From: Octopus bimaculoides
Taxonomy: Eukaryota
DNA: 64,000 nucleotides
Direction of reading: 5' to 3'
Assembly (NCBI RefSeq): GCF_001194135.2
Contig: NC_068990.1
Coordinates: forward strand, 17,776,002 to 17,840,001
Below the pieces are notes generated by a model. That model was not told the origin of the DNA. It ran no database searches and worked only from the letters and a program-made list of their open reading frames with translations. A program made the translations under genes and the position numbers. Each line of letters starts with the position of its first letter. Position 1 is the stretch's first letter. Below, piece after piece: positions 1-14,389 of this stretch.

Positions 1-3000
1 TCTTGGTCATAGACAGTGGATAAGACTGGGCGATGAATAATGTCTAGTAATATTCCTTGCTGGTTGACTGTTAGGCAGCCTTCTAAAATGACCAGCACTG
101 ACCAACACAGATCTGTTAGCTATATAATAGCTATAATAAAAGCCACTTGTTTTTTTTTTCTTTTTTATGTAATTAGGTGGCTTATTCGTGGTTGGTTTAA
201 TGAGTATTACTGATAAATATTTTAATGACCCTGGGGAAATAAATGACTAACATTGACAATTGTATGAGGATTGGAATTTAAAATTCTGCTGAGCAACTAC
301 ATTATATATGTCCTCCAATGGCAGCTGTAGTAACACTGTCATCTTAGAAAAATGCTAGATCTGAATATTATAAGCTATGAGAGTTCCTTGAAGTGTTTGA
401 TAGATTCAGTTGCTGTGGAGGGTAAGGAATCTTGTACTTTTGGGCCACTTTCCTTTCATTTAAAAGAGAGAGATAGAGAGATGAAGCAGTGGTGTTGGTG
501 CTAACTTGAAGTACAAAGTTGCAACACTGCTTTCTTGTTCTCAGAAAAGTATGGAGGCATCCAGCTGTAGAAACCATACTAAAATAGACACTGAAGCCTT
601 GTACAGGGCGTGGCCTTACCAGCTCATGTCAAACTATCCGACCCATGCCAGCATGGAAAATGGACGTTAAATGATGATTTTTGTTGAAATAAAACTACTT
701 TTTGGTATAAAGTTTTATTTTTTAAATAATGAAGAATTTAGTAGAATACCATTCTCATTATTAAGCTGGTGTTTGGAACTTAAATTGACAGGAAATTTTG
801 ATGGAAAGTTTTTAGATTATTTTAAAGACAAGAAGTTTGTATTGGGCAGGTTGATATCAAATGGGTTAAATTGCTCCTCCCACCCCACCTCGTCATTGGC
901 TGATCTAGTCTGGGATTTATTGTGATTAAATAAAAAACAAAAAACAAAAAGTGACTGGATGGTTATGGCTGGGATGCCTTTGAACATAAATCTTTTATCA
1001 CATTTCTGCAGAAATACATTACCTTTTTTGTTGTCTTGGGAGATTTAATATACCAATAATGCACGTGAGTCAGTTAGTTAAATATCTAACCAACTAACCG
1101 ATTGATCGTTTAATGCGTTAGTTAAACAATCAATCAATTAGTTAGTTGGTTAGATATTTAACTGACTAACAATAAACAAGTAGAATTGAACTGGTGCATA
1201 TGTTGTTATTGATGTAATGACTTCCTTAAGACACAACAAAATTTGTTTCAAGAATCTTGCAAACCAAACACAAAAATGAAGTACCCTACATTTCAAATTC
1301 ATTTTTTAAATAATGAAGAAATTAGTAAAATAACATTATCGTTACTAAACAGGTGTTTGGAACTTAAATTAATACAAAATTTCGATGGAAGCTTTTAACT
1401 TTAAAACAGGATGTTTGCATTGTAGGACTTGGAGCAGTCTTAGGTGGACTGGTATCAAAAAAGTTGAACTCTTCTGGAATCTTTACAACAGATTAATTAT
1501 TACTAATGCTAAATCATCACTGGTTGCATTACTTTCTTTGTGGTTAAGAAGATCACTTTGTAACTGTGTGGTTTCAAGTTCAGTCTCACTGTGTGGCACC
1601 TTGGGCAAGTGTTTTTTCTGGAAACTGTGGAAGCTCATTGAATGTATATGTGTTTGTCCCCTCCCCTTATCATTTGACAACCAGTGTTGATTTATGTCCC
1701 CCGTAACTTATCAGTTTGACAAAAGAGACTGAGAGAATAAGTACTAAACTTTAAAATAAGTACTGGAGTCAATTTGCTCCAGTGTGACCACAGTTCATTG
1801 ACTGAAACAAGCAAAAGATAAAAAAAAAAAATGATCACAATGTTTACCTACCACATTAAAAAAAAACATGTTACTCAAGCTACCTTGACACATCAATACC
1901 AAATCCATTAGTAGGTATAAACTCTACAATCTGTGACCCAATTATTCGATGGTTTATAAATAGAATTCTTAACTGTACCAACACACCTATAGTGTCAATT
2001 CTATGACTACAATTCTACAATTTTCCATAGGAAGTACACTGTAATGAAAGCTAGTGTTAATTATCGAATCCTTGATAGTAGCATAAAATTTAAAAGAAGT
2101 TTCCTCTGTGGTTGTTTGGTTGGTTTTAAAAATGACTACACACACATTTACTTGAGCACTTTACTGTTTTGTCATGATTAATCAGTTTTTAATTTCTCTC
2201 TATCCATGTATTTGTTTATTTTTATACTTTTAAACATTTCCCAATTGACAAAGATACAGATTTATAGTTAGAAGAATCTTAAAATGATATTGCTGCTATT
2301 TCTAGCAGATCGTGATCATGCAGCAGCTCCGTGTTGCCTCATCACTGAGACTTCAAATATATTGCTTTAGTAACAGTTGTTATAATATAAGCATCAAATT
2401 TAATCAATACTTGAATTGAAAATTGTGTCCCTGGTGTGAACAAAACTGTATGAAATATAAAACTGTCCAGAAATCTAATAAAAGATGATAAATAGATTAG
2501 AGTTCATACAGATAACCTAAAATGTGAAAAATCATGAAATTAGTTTAACTATTTCGTTGTAATGCTGGTATCTAAATTTAACTGGGAACAATTGATGTTA
2601 CTATTCTTCATAATGGCAAGGGTTTGTGTATGATGTGTACGACTTGCTAAGCTTCAAAACCACATGCTTCTAAGTTCAATCTCAGTGAATGCTACTTTAG
2701 ATAAATATCTTCTGTCATAGACTTAGGGTTGATCAAAGCCTTGCATGTGAGGTGTGTGTGTGTAATATTTGCTAGATAAAATCTCTGTGGCAGCTTATCG
2801 GGTGTGTGTGTGTGTGTTTGTATGTAGCTATCACTAAGTATTTGTTTGCTACACTGATTTTGTTTGTACCTCCACTAGATTATGTCTCTCAAAACTATGC
2901 AAGGAACATGTTTACATTGTTATAAATTAGCTTAAAAAAAAGCCATACTCTCTGCGAATTTTTAAGCTAGCTCCTACAGGGGGCTAATTGGGCCTCTGGC

Positions 3001-3866
3001 CCAAAACTAAGGACAGATAAATGGCACAACTCTAATACATTTATAATGACTATATGTCCTGGTGGTGTTTGATTAGAGGTTAAGAATGGATGAGAATTAA
3101 TTCTGTAATGCAATCGTTCATTCTATTGTTCCAGTCCCAAGTTGAATTCCAACTGTTGGCCAATTTGTCCCAAAGTTCTTATCTTGACAGAAAATTAAGA
3201 AAGCGAATGTCATTTATCTCCCCCTTGATCTCTGATGTCCTCTGACAAACGCCAACCAAGATGGCATGAATCAGCCAAGCTTTACCTGCTAGAAATAGCA
3301 ACCCAAATGCTTTTAAATCAGATCCCAATGCTAGATGTTCAAGAACCAAATGAAGGGCAGATTTTTAATCCTGGGATCATCCTGATTCCCCAAAAATGTA
3401 ATATGTCTATATTAGAGCAAATGTAGATTGAGATACAAGGGTCCCAGATGGACAGATAGAATTTTGCTTCATTATCACCATTAAAAGTTTTCTAATATTT
3501 CAATTTCAGTATTTCTGATTCATATTGTTGTGCATGTGTGTGTGTGTGTGTGTGTTTTACATGTTCTCTGTGTTTCTGGATTTTTCAAATGCTTAATTAT
3601 CATATTCTTCACATAAGAGTGTATTGTTACTTTGAATTTGAAATGATTCATTAAGTTCTCTTGTGAGAACTACAAACTTGTGGGATTCTGATATGGGTTT
3701 GTGTCTATGTATGAAAAAATACATATCATCTTCATCATTTCCTGAAGTACTGAAATAAATTTAAATACCAGAAAGCTTGTCTCTCTGACAGACTACATAA
3801 CAATACAAATGATAATGAACTACATATGAGAAGGTAAAAAAACATTTCTTCTAAGCTTCTTTTCCA

Positions 3867-3898
<32 letters not shown>

Positions 3899-6800
3899 TT
3901 ACGTAAGTGCATGTATATATGTAGGCCTACCATGCTAGAATGACATTGGTGGAAGATGTGGTCCTCCTGCCCATTGAATTCTCTCGAACCATCCTACCTA
4001 TGCCAGCATGGAAAGCAGACATAAAATGATGATAAATATTGTATATATGCCTAGTTGTACCCAGACAAAATTTGTGCAGTGAACAAATACTTTGTGATGT
4101 GTAGTTATGTTTCTTTATACCAAAGTTTTCCATCCTTCACAAGAGATCAATAAAATACAATTGACTAAACACCTTGCAGCGGTTGCTCTCGTATGGCTAC
4201 ATTCCAGTGACTGAAATGCTGAAAAGTCTTCTTAAAAGATGCTAAAGTTGTTGATATAGTTTGATGAAATATTGGAGTCATTTTATTTACGCATAATTAC
4301 ACCTGTCTACTACATCTCCATTTTGTATTGTTTATTATTTGGTGACCTCAATAGTGCTGGTACCATGGAAAAAGACCTAGTATATGTATAATCTGTAAAG
4401 TGGTTGGAATTAGGAAGGGGATCCAACCATATAAACCCCACCGGAGCAAGCAGTGGAGCTTGTTGGATTCTGTCAAACCATCCAGCCTATGCCAGCATGG
4501 AAAGTGGATCTTAAATGCTGAACTGCCATGAATCTGTTGTAAAGTCAGTGTCTTGAGGTACATAATAGGAACATTCTGGGGACATTTTAAGCATAAGATC
4601 TTTGAGGATTAGAGTGTCAGTGATTCAGCTTTCTTAATTCCACTTGGCAGTTGTTTCAATGTTACCTTGATGCTAATTAGTATGATGCCTGAAACTATCG
4701 AAACTGCAATAACAGTGAAACATAATGGCAGCGAGAGGGTTAAGTTTGATGGACATGCAGTGTCCATCTCATCATCACCAGTCCACCTGGCTGACAAAGC
4801 CTTGAACCAGTCGGCCTCTGATGAAAGACATTACAGCTTTCAACATTTTGACTGGTTTCAGGCACACTAAATCTATGAGTACATTATCTAATGTGTTCTT
4901 TTTTGAAGTTGATAGGGTAGGGTGTAATTTCAGTGAGTTTTGGCTACTATTTCTAGCAGACCAAGAAACCATATAGAGGCACTCTCGGTTCATTGATGTA
5001 GTTTAATCCCATGTTTTTCATTTTTTTCTCTGGCATAGTCCACCCTGGACCACATTATGTGATGTTATTTCTATCCTAAGATGGTTGAATATATTTCTTG
5101 CCAGCTGAGTGATTATGTTGAAGTTTGCGTTATGGTTGAATGATTAGCAGAGAGAAGGCTACATAGTTACATAAATGATTCCTACAGAAATAAACATATC
5201 AACACTAGTATAGAACAAATGGATGGAAGGCAGTGTGTATGTGTACATATCTGCATTTTGTACTTGGGTGTGTGTGATAAACCTGTTTTACATGGAAAAC
5301 CTCATTTGCGGCTATTACATTGTCTTCTTTATCTGACTGTGAGAAGAGTTGTGCTGGAATTATGCAAATGTATAAATCTGTACAATTCACTCATTTCTTT
5401 CATCTATTTGTTCATATGCTAAACTGGATATAAAATAGTTGAAAAACAAAATATCTGAAGAGAATTGTATAGATTAGGATGATTTAATGAAATATTATGA
5501 TTTTAAAGATTGAGAATATTAAAAATGTAATTTTGCAAGTTTGGCATCCAAATGTCTCGACAATATTAGTCTGTCAAAAGCTGGTGGTGACTAATGTTGG
5601 AGAACATAAATTAACATTAAAGCATAAACTTTAAAATCAATTGATTTCTTATATTGGCACAAGGTGGGGATCACATTTGTGTCAGAGAGGAGGAGAGAGA
5701 ACTGGAGGCGGGGTTGTGGTTTATTTGAATCAATACTACTGTCTGCCTGATTATTAATTCATCAAATTCATTAAGATGAATGAATGGCAAAGTCCATCAG
5801 AATTTGAACTCTGAACATATGCATTCATCTCTATCCGTCTGCCACTCTCCTTTCACACTCTTGCAAACTTATCCTATCCTCTCATCCTGTCTGATCCTCT
5901 TTTCCACTTAGTTTCATCTGTCTCTACCTTGAGAGAATGCCTTGACACCTTGTCACCACCACCATCTTTCTTTTTTCAGTAGGGGTAGTCGTGTATCTCT
6001 TCCATGGCAAGATGTCTGTTCTTGTCTCTTTGTTAAACTTAAACCTTTCATCATTTGGTACAAAGCCACCTCCTTTAATACTACACCCCCTCAGTTGAGT
6101 CATGTCTTGAGAGTTACTTGGTGACCTCCCTAGTATTGGTGCCACATAAAAAGTTCACAGTATGCTCTTTAAAACAGTTGACATTAGGAAATCCATCCAG
6201 CTACAGAAACCAGACTAAAACAGCATTGGAGTTAGCTTGTTGGTCATATTGAACCATCTGACCTATGCCAGCATGGAAAATAGACTTTAAATAGATGATC
6301 CAAGTATTGAGCTGTGTTTATGTTGGTCTACCAATTTTTGAGGATATGGTTGATTATGTTATCCCCAGTAGCTATTTTCACCAACTTGTTCTGTTTTATA
6401 GATCTTTGATTGTGGAAATGTTAGTGGACCCAGACAGGATTCGAACTCAGAATGTAAAGTGACTTAAATAACACAAAGTATTTTGTCATAGTTTACTACT
6501 ACTATGTAGTATTTGGTCTAGCCAGCTACAGTTTGCCATTCCACTCCCGATTTATATACTAATATGCTATCATTGGTGGTGCAGTAGTTGGAAGATCATC
6601 ATATTTGTTGTAACATCCATTTTCCCATGCTGTCATGGATCAGATGGAATTTGTTGACGCAGATTTTCTGTGTCCAGACACCCTTCTTCTCACCGGCCCT
6701 CATCTGTTTCCAAGCAAAGTAATAATCTCTTAGTCTAACAAACACTAAACACCCTAGACATAACCACAAGTCTTTTTTCCTTCTTTTTACAAACATCACA

Positions 6801-7781
6801 CACCATGTCAAGACATCTCACAAAGCTTCGATGGACTTTTGCACTTGACTGTGAGCATACAGCACTGCTTGTGTTTGATAGTAAGGGTGTTTTGTTTATG
6901 AAAATATGAAATCATTCACACAAGCAGATACATGCATACACACTCGCACACCGCACACACGTATGCAACAGGTTTCTTTCAGTTTCTGTCTACCAATTTC
7001 ACACACAAGGCATTGGCCCAATCATGGCTATCCAATACTGTTTACACAGTGGGATTGAGCTCCTAGCCACATGCTTCTAATGCAAACCACACTGAAAGAT
7101 CTTATTTCTTTTAGCTGTAGTTGACACCCTAGTTGCATCTCTATTTCTGAGATGTTAGAGATAACAATATAAATAAGATATACGGCTGAGATAACTGATA
7201 CTTTCCTGACTTTTTTGTACCGTCACCAGTAAGATTTATTGCACAGGGTTATTATGTAACCCAATTCTTTCTGTAACAATACTGTCTGAAGAAGTTCATT
7301 TTCTGAAGTGCTTTGTCAATAATGTAATATAAACAAGGTCACAATCCTCCGGTTTGCAGTATTTAAAATGTCTTTAACATAATAGAAATATTTTGTTACG
7401 TTTTTAATAGTGTCATGTTTTTTTCTTGTATTGAATTTTTTTATTAGCTTTCTATTTTCTTTTTAATTATTATTCTGTCATGGTGTTTATCTGGTTTGTT
7501 GTGCAGATTTTGATCATTTTAATACTTCATTGGAAATAAAGATTGATTTCTAATTCTAGCCAGGGAAATACATAAAGGGTAAATGTTATTTGAATACGGT
7601 TGGAGATTGGGCTATGCAAAACAGTAGTTCATCCTGTTGTCAAACACTGCTTGACTTGAGCCAACTAAGGGGGCTTATATGTGGTCTATCAACCTGCTAA
7701 AAGTAGCAGTAAATCTTCTTTGAATCACATACCTGTCCGTCTTTAAAAAGGAAAATGGTGTTGGATAATGTAGTCCTAGAT

Positions 7782-8445
7782 ATACTACTAGGTGGTATCA
7801 AAAAGTTCTCAGACTAGTTCTGTAGCATGCCAACGGATGGCAGTACACGGTTGTGTGCTCAGTGAGAGCTAGCAGTGACCTTCACAAGGCAGTGTGCCAA
7901 GTTGCATCACTGTGTTTACTTCACAAGTTGTGAAATTTGTGTTTTTGTGATCATGTATATATTATAGTTTGTAATTTTTTCATGGTCAGGAACCAAAAGC
8001 CAATGTGAAATTTTGCATTGAACTTGGGAAGTCTGCTACAGAGACATTGAGCATGCTTTGGCAAGCTTATGGCAATGGGTCATACACAATGTTTCAAGTG
8101 GCACAGGTGCTTCAAATGCAGAATAACATCCCTGGAAGACCTGCCACAAGTGTTCCACTCACCTTCTCTGAAATGTGGAGAAAATTCATCAGCTTGTGTA
8201 TAAGGATCATCTGAGGACAAATCAATGATGTTTTGAAGCATTTGAAGGAGGATAACATTTGGTGAAAGCAACTGGATCTGCGGAGCACAAAGAATTGGAT
8301 TCTTCATGACAACAATGTCACTGAGCTCTCCTCACTCGTGAGCTTCTCACCAAAAACAACATAGTATCATTTCTGCACCCACCCTATTCACCAGATTTAG
8401 CACCTGTGGACCTTCATCTCTTCCCCAGCTCAAAGTTTGTCATTT
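7782..8445 (+). mobile_element. Decayed mariner (DD34D) transposon
   Basis: KFCIELGKSATETLSMLWQAYG and GRP.TS (HTH region) from 8005; HPPYSPDLAPVD from 8376; TIR-like GGTGGTATCAAAAAGTTC near 7790. Internally deleted. Confidence 0.85.
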
Positions 8446-9959
8446 TAATACTTTTATTGAACCTCTAGGGTCAATAAAATAAAGTACCAGTCATGTATTG
8501 AGTGTCAATGGTATCAACTATTCCTCATCCCCTCAAAATTGCTACCCATGTCTCTAATTCAGAAACCATTAAAGCAGAATCGTTAGCACATTGGACAAAA
8601 TGCTTGGTGACATTTCTTCCTGTACTTTGTTCTGAGATCAAATCCTGCCAAGATCCACTTTGCCTTTCAGGGTCATTAAAATGAGTACCAGTCACATGGT
8701 TGATGTAATCGCCCTCCCCTTCCTCTCATTGTTAGAATTACTGAGATTGTTTTTAACTATCTCTCCTGTTACTATGGGAGTTGTTTCAATTATTTATTTC
8801 CTTTTTGTTTTCCTGTCATTTTCTTATCATACTCGATTTAAAACCTCTATTGTTTTTATATGTTCTGGTAATGTTCCCCTCACCAGTTGACCCTGTTGTC
8901 CCAAGATAAATCATTAATGTCCTTGTTATTCTGTGTCTAAAAATGTCTTTTCACTGTCTTAAAGTCCGTGTATAGATGAATATTAATCCATAGAGAATGT
9001 AGTATTTGTAGTCTGTGCTATGTGTGCCACAAAATCAATCTTGCAAACAGTTGCTCTTCTGTTTTCTCTTCTAAGAAAAAACAAAACATTTCCTTGAAAC
9101 AGACTTCAGTGTAAAGGTCTACATGAACAATATAAAGCCTGATATATCTTTCTTTTCTTTCTTCTAACTATTCTTTCTTTCTTTCTGTCTGTATAAAATA
9201 CTATGGGATCCTTTCAGTTTCCTTCTACCAAATCCATTCAAGGCTTCGGTTGGCCTGAGGCTATAGTAGAAGTCACTTGCCCAAGGTGCCATGCAATGTG
9301 ACTGAACCTGGAACCATGTGGTTGGGAAGCAAACTTCTTACCACACAGCCACACATTTTATTCTCTTTTTTTTTTTCTAACTCTTCCTTGCTTTTCACCA
9401 TTTTGTCTTCTCTCTTTTCCCCCCACCTTTTCTTTCCCTTTCCTTCTCTTCCTGTTATTTTTTTTCTATTTTTCTCCTAATTTCTTCATATCCCTCATTC
9501 TTTTCTTTCCCTATTTCCTTCTTTCTGTTCTTTATTTTTCTTCTATTCATTTTCTTTCTCCCTTCCTTTCATTCCTTTCCATATTTTATTCATTAATATT
9601 ATAAAAGTTACTATTTACTGAAGAATGTCCTCCTCTTAATCTAAAACCCTAACAACTTTCATAATCCAAATACATTCTGATAAATTTTTTTACTAATTTC
9701 AGTCTTTGGACTGTGGCCATGGTGGGGCTCCACATGAAGGAGTTTTGACCAGGGAGAGAGAGTGGGATAGGGGAACAAGGTTGACTTCGTGGGATTTGAA
9801 CTCATGACAATGAGAAAACCAAATGCCACAAAATATTTTGCCTGACACTCTACTGTTTCTGCTGGTCATCATACACAGTGTATTGTTGGAGGCGTTTGTA
9901 CTTTCCATAAACATCAAACCGTCTCAGTGTTACTTTTTGTCTTGTATCACATCTGATGC

Positions 9960-10420
9960 TGTTAAAGTTGTTTACAGTGGAATAGGAAGGGAAGATAACA
10001 GTAGACTACCGAAGTTATGGTGGGTTGGCTGGTTTCTATATTTGGCTGGCTGGCTTTTCCTAGTGTTTCTAAGAGTGCTCATAGCCTTGTGGTAATAGGA
10101 GATAGGGTCGGTGGGGAGGAAGAGCTTACTGGGGTTTTGAGGTGTAAGAATTCCAGCAGACTGGGGTGGTTGGGGGTAATTGGGGTAATGATAGGGAGTA
10201 GTGATGCTACTGGGAGTGAGGAAGGCAGGATGGTGGGGGGCTTTCTTCATGAGACTGTTGATATGTTTGTTAAACAGGGCTTTAATAGTTTAATAGAAAG
10301 CAGATGTAATTTCCAGAAATTGAGAGAAGCTTGTGATTTTAGTAATAATAGTAATGATTTCAAATTTTGCTGTAGAGCTAACAATTTTAGGGACGGTGGG
10401 GCAAGTTAATTATATTGACC
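9960..10420 (-). mobile_element. Probable Penelope-like element fragment
   Basis: Minus-strand ILTPQNPSKLFLPTDPISYYHKAMSTLRN resembles the IL.......F...P.I.Y....NL segment of PLE reverse transcriptases. Degenerate; assigned from motif memory only. Confidence 0.4.
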
Positions 10421-11965
10421 TAAATGGTCTTATCTTTTTTCTTGTTTCATTGATTAGACCGCAGCCATACTGGGGCACAGCCTTGAACTTTTAGTCAAAT
10501 GAATCAACCATTGAACTTTTCCCTTTTTAAAGCTTGGTACTTATTCTATTGGCCTTTTGCTCCGTTAACCCCAGTGCTTGACTGGTACTTTATTTTATCA
10601 CCCCTGGTTGGATGAAAGTTAAGGTTGGTCTAGGTGGGATTTGAACTTAAAGCGTAGCAAGCCAGAAGAAATACTTCAGCATTTTTTTCTGATGTTTTAA
10701 TGATTCTGTCAACTCTACATTGACCCAAGGTATCAAATTTGAAGAGATTAGGGTTACTTGATAATATCAATCCCAGTATTTGACTGGTTCTCTATTTCAC
10801 CAACTCCAGAGGAATGAAAGGTATTGTTGGGGCATTTACATGTTTCGTTTGCATCTGATCCAGGGGTCAGCAAAGTTCTTATATCGCTGTCCCCATTTCA
10901 TGGGGTCATCAATAACTTACCAATGCTCGTCTTGTAAATTTCTAAACTAAATTTTAAAAATATAATTAATAAGAAATTTGTTGATTTATAAACAACTCTT
11001 TTGTGTGCGTGTGTGATTACTGCGGTTTAATTAATATTTAAAGAAGTTTAAATGAAAATATGTAACACAATTGACAAGCAACAATAATAATTTAGTGATA
11101 TTAGTATAGTCAGAATATTTAATGTGAAGTAAGTGTTTGGTGAAAACTAGTTATTGCATTGGTATTTGGCTGGAAATTAGTGACTTTCAGTCTTAGATTA
11201 TTCTGCTTTTCCAGATTCAGTTCACTAATAATTCAGCACCCTTAATGTTCAAAATTGTTTCAGGTGTTTATAAATCCCCTTGGGTGAATATTGACCACTT
11301 TGCTTACACCTGGTCTGGACAGTTATACTTCTTCCTCCAACTTATCTAATGTATTTAACAAAACTGGCAAATTGACCATTACAACAGCACTAATTTGATC
11401 AGTCGTTTATAAGCAGAGTATCCTTCCCACTAATTTCATTCCCTTCCTATTTCCTTCTTCACCTTTGTTGCTGCAATATGTTCAGAATATGGCTTCTATT
11501 TAAAAAGGAATAATGAAAACTCACACAAATAAACACTACTCAGTTTTGACATCACCACTACAACATTAGATACTCTATAAAGAAATCTCTCTGAGTCCAA
11601 GCATGGCTGTGCATTTAAGAAGTTTACTTCACAGACCCATGGTCTCAGGTTCAAACACCACACAACAACATGGGAAGATGGCTTCTATAGCCTCAGACTG
11701 TCCTTGTGAGCAGATTTTTGTGGACAGACATTATCTATTGTATGCACAGGCTAATTAACCAAACCCTCTGTTACATAATGTTTAGCATGTTGTCTGTTGT
11801 ATACTATTATCCATAGCCTGAATTGTATAATAGTCAGAGAGGCCTTTATTTTGTAATGCCTGGCAGGATCTCTATTGTATAATACTCATCATTCCAATAT
11901 GTCCTGCTTCAAGCCCCATCATCTGCCACTGATTAAATAATCTTGTAAATATTTTTATCTTCCAG

Positions 11966-12063
11966 ATGTTTTAGCTGCTTTGGTTTTGATAACTTGGAGT
12001 TATTTTCCGCTTCGCCATCCAAAGAAGAGAACTGGTCTAAACAGTAATACAATGTTATATAAG
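11966..12063 (+). other. Possible 5' UTR exon of GOLGA1
   Basis: tttttatcttccAG acceptor and AAG|GTGATG donor in non-repetitive sequence. Coding exon 1 has an acceptor only 4 nt before its ATG, so at least one upstream exon must exist; this is only a candidate. Confidence 0.25.
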
Positions 12064-12746
12064 GTGATGTACTAGTTATAAAGGTGAGTGGAGCTTTCAT
12101 TTTAATTTTTTTATTTGTGTTGTTTTTTCTTATATTCTAGTTGATTACTGGCTTTTGGTCATTAGACTGCAGCCACTGTTGGGACACCACTGTTAAGAGC
12201 TTTAGCTCATTAATATCAATCTCAGTATTTTATCTGGTAATTATTTTAGTGATTTCCTAAAGGAAGAAAAGCAGAGTTGATCTGAGTATAAAGAGACATA
12301 ACTGGGTGGGACACAATACCAGAGTACTGGAAGTGAGAAGTAATGGAGGAGAGAGACCAATGGATGTCATTAGTAAATGATAGGGAAGAGAGTAATGGGA
12401 GAGAGAGAGAGAGTGAATGATGGCTTGTAATAAAATGGTGAGGACAAGAAGGGAATCAAATAGAGGTAGATCAGATTATAATGTCATCCCTCTTTATGCA
12501 AGCAGCGTGATGAAAGGGAGATAGTTATAATAGGGAGGTACATTGATAAGAAAGGGAGTGGGTGATAGATGGAAGAGTCAAGAGGAGATTGGAGAGAGAG
12601 AGCAGTATATATGGAATTATCAAGTGAGCATAAATTACATTTGTATTGCATATAGACATTGCAAAGTACATGAACATGTTGGTTGAGAAATACCTCAGCA
12701 TATGTCTTATACACCCTTGTCTCCATCACTTTCATGATCTTAGGGA

Positions 12747-12820
12747 GCCCACTTAGCTTAATGGTACAGAGCACTCGGCCGATATCTGAGAGGTCTGGGA
12801 TTTGATTCTCTGTAGCTGCC
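12747..12820 (+). pseudogene. Decayed tRNA-like sequence (anticodon loop GAT), probably a SINE head or tRNA pseudogene
   Basis: D stem GCTT/GAGC, anticodon stem CTCGG/CTGAG with 7-nt loop CCGATAT, variable loop AGGTC. The T and acceptor stems pair poorly. Confidence 0.5.
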
Positions 12821-12949
12821 TGTTGGCAACTTTTTACTTGTTTTGCCTCAGCATGACCAAAGCTTTTGGCTGAAATGTATAAAAGACTAACACCATCATC
12901 ATTCTTCATCCATTTGCTAAATTCAACGAGTCCACTCAATCACAGAGCT

Positions 12950-14090
12950 TTACTACTGGTCATGTTTATCTCCTCCTCTGTTAGGTTCAACATTTTGAGA
13001 TCAACTTTTCTCACTTCGTCCCATCTTTTCCTTATTCTCTTTCTTCCTCAAGGGCCATCCACTTGGAATGTTTGGCATTTTTTTTTTAAACAACTGGCAC
13101 CCTTCATACACATATCTTACCCATATTAGCATAATCTTCTATTTTGTACACTTCATCTGATTCCTCTTGTTTCCAATTTTTCTCTAAACTCATTTCTGCT
13201 TTGTTGGTGATGCAGACTAATATTACACATTCAACAGCATGTACTCACTTCATTTTTTTCTTCTCTCTACCCTCTTCAAATCCCCAACTTTCAAGGTTCA
13301 TACCTCACTACCATGCAACTCTGTACTTAGTAAACAAGCCTTGTATTACATACCCTTGACTCAGAGAGAGAAATCCTTTGTTTGCTAGCAGGGATAAATA
13401 ATTCTCTGAAAGTTTTCATTCCTGTTTAAACTCGGGCAATGATGCTTTTAGAACACTCAAAGGCTATCAACAGCTTCTAGGAAGTCTTTAAAACATCTGA
13501 AGAAATTTATTTCTTGTATACCCTTCTTGTTAACTACTCCAATGTGAAGTTTATGTTTCCTGTTAACTTGTCTTTGAGCCTACTTTATCTCTGCTGCACC
13601 CATACTTCATGCTAAATTCCACTCTTAGCTCATTAACTTTCACCTTGCTGATAACATCTCTTTACATGGTTTGCAAGGTTCTCACAGGCCATTCATCTAT
13701 CCCTAGTTTTCCAGGCTACAGAGAATAGTTCCCTGACAAAAGCTAGGTGGAATGGCTTTGTATTTATCTTGTAGTTGTTTCACTAATGGCATCATTGGTA
13801 TTAACCTGAACCACATCTCAACTAGGCTAATTCTCTTCCTCATCAGTTGTGTTCTAGCACTTACAGTAACTTCCATAAACTGGTCCATCTAATGGCTCTG
13901 TAGTTGGTTTGTTTCTTGAACATCCTCCTTTACCCCTTGTAGTAGTTGATGATGAAACTACTATGCTTACATCATCTAAGCTTGTCATTAAGTAGCACAC
14001 TTTCCTGGTTGACAATACACTTGACTAACATATGATCTGTTTTGTTCGTTGTTTTGAGTGTGTTGACAATTATCCCTGTTAGTCCAGCAG
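12950..14090 (-). mobile_element. Decayed RTE-clade LINE reverse-transcriptase fragment
   Basis: Minus-strand PLVKQLQDKYKA resembles the RT motif IFLVRQLQEKY. The 12960-13070 segment resembles the GRP..RW.EV...DL C-terminus of RTE ORFs. Many stops and frameshifts. Confidence 0.6.
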
Positions 14091-14389
14091 TTTAAAAAAA
14101 AATTTCTTTTCTCCCCACCCCCTCACAAGTTAGCCAAAATAAGAATCGTTATTGTTTAACTTTTGCATTCCATGTTTGTGAGGGTTGAATGACTAAACAA
14201 GATCTGACATACCAGAGGACTGTGTTGAGCTCCAACATCTGCCTTGGTGTGGTTTCTAGAGCTGGTTGTCTTTCCTTAACACCAACCATTTTACTGAGTT
14301 GTGGGTGATTTTTTTTCATGGTACTGGCATTAATGAAGTTGCCAAGTAACTCACAAGACAAGACCCCTCACCCCAGGATGGAAAAGGCT

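Noticed and set aside
2968-3010. Two adjacent 7-bp GC-rich hairpins followed by CTAA (Helitron 3' end?)
   Set aside because: The hairpin-to-CTRR spacing is too short and no 5' TC end or second copy is seen; short stems like these arise by chance.
9360-9590. Long polypyrimidine (TC-rich) tract as a triplex/H-DNA element
   Set aside because: No mirror symmetry is evident; such low-complexity tracts are common throughout this window.
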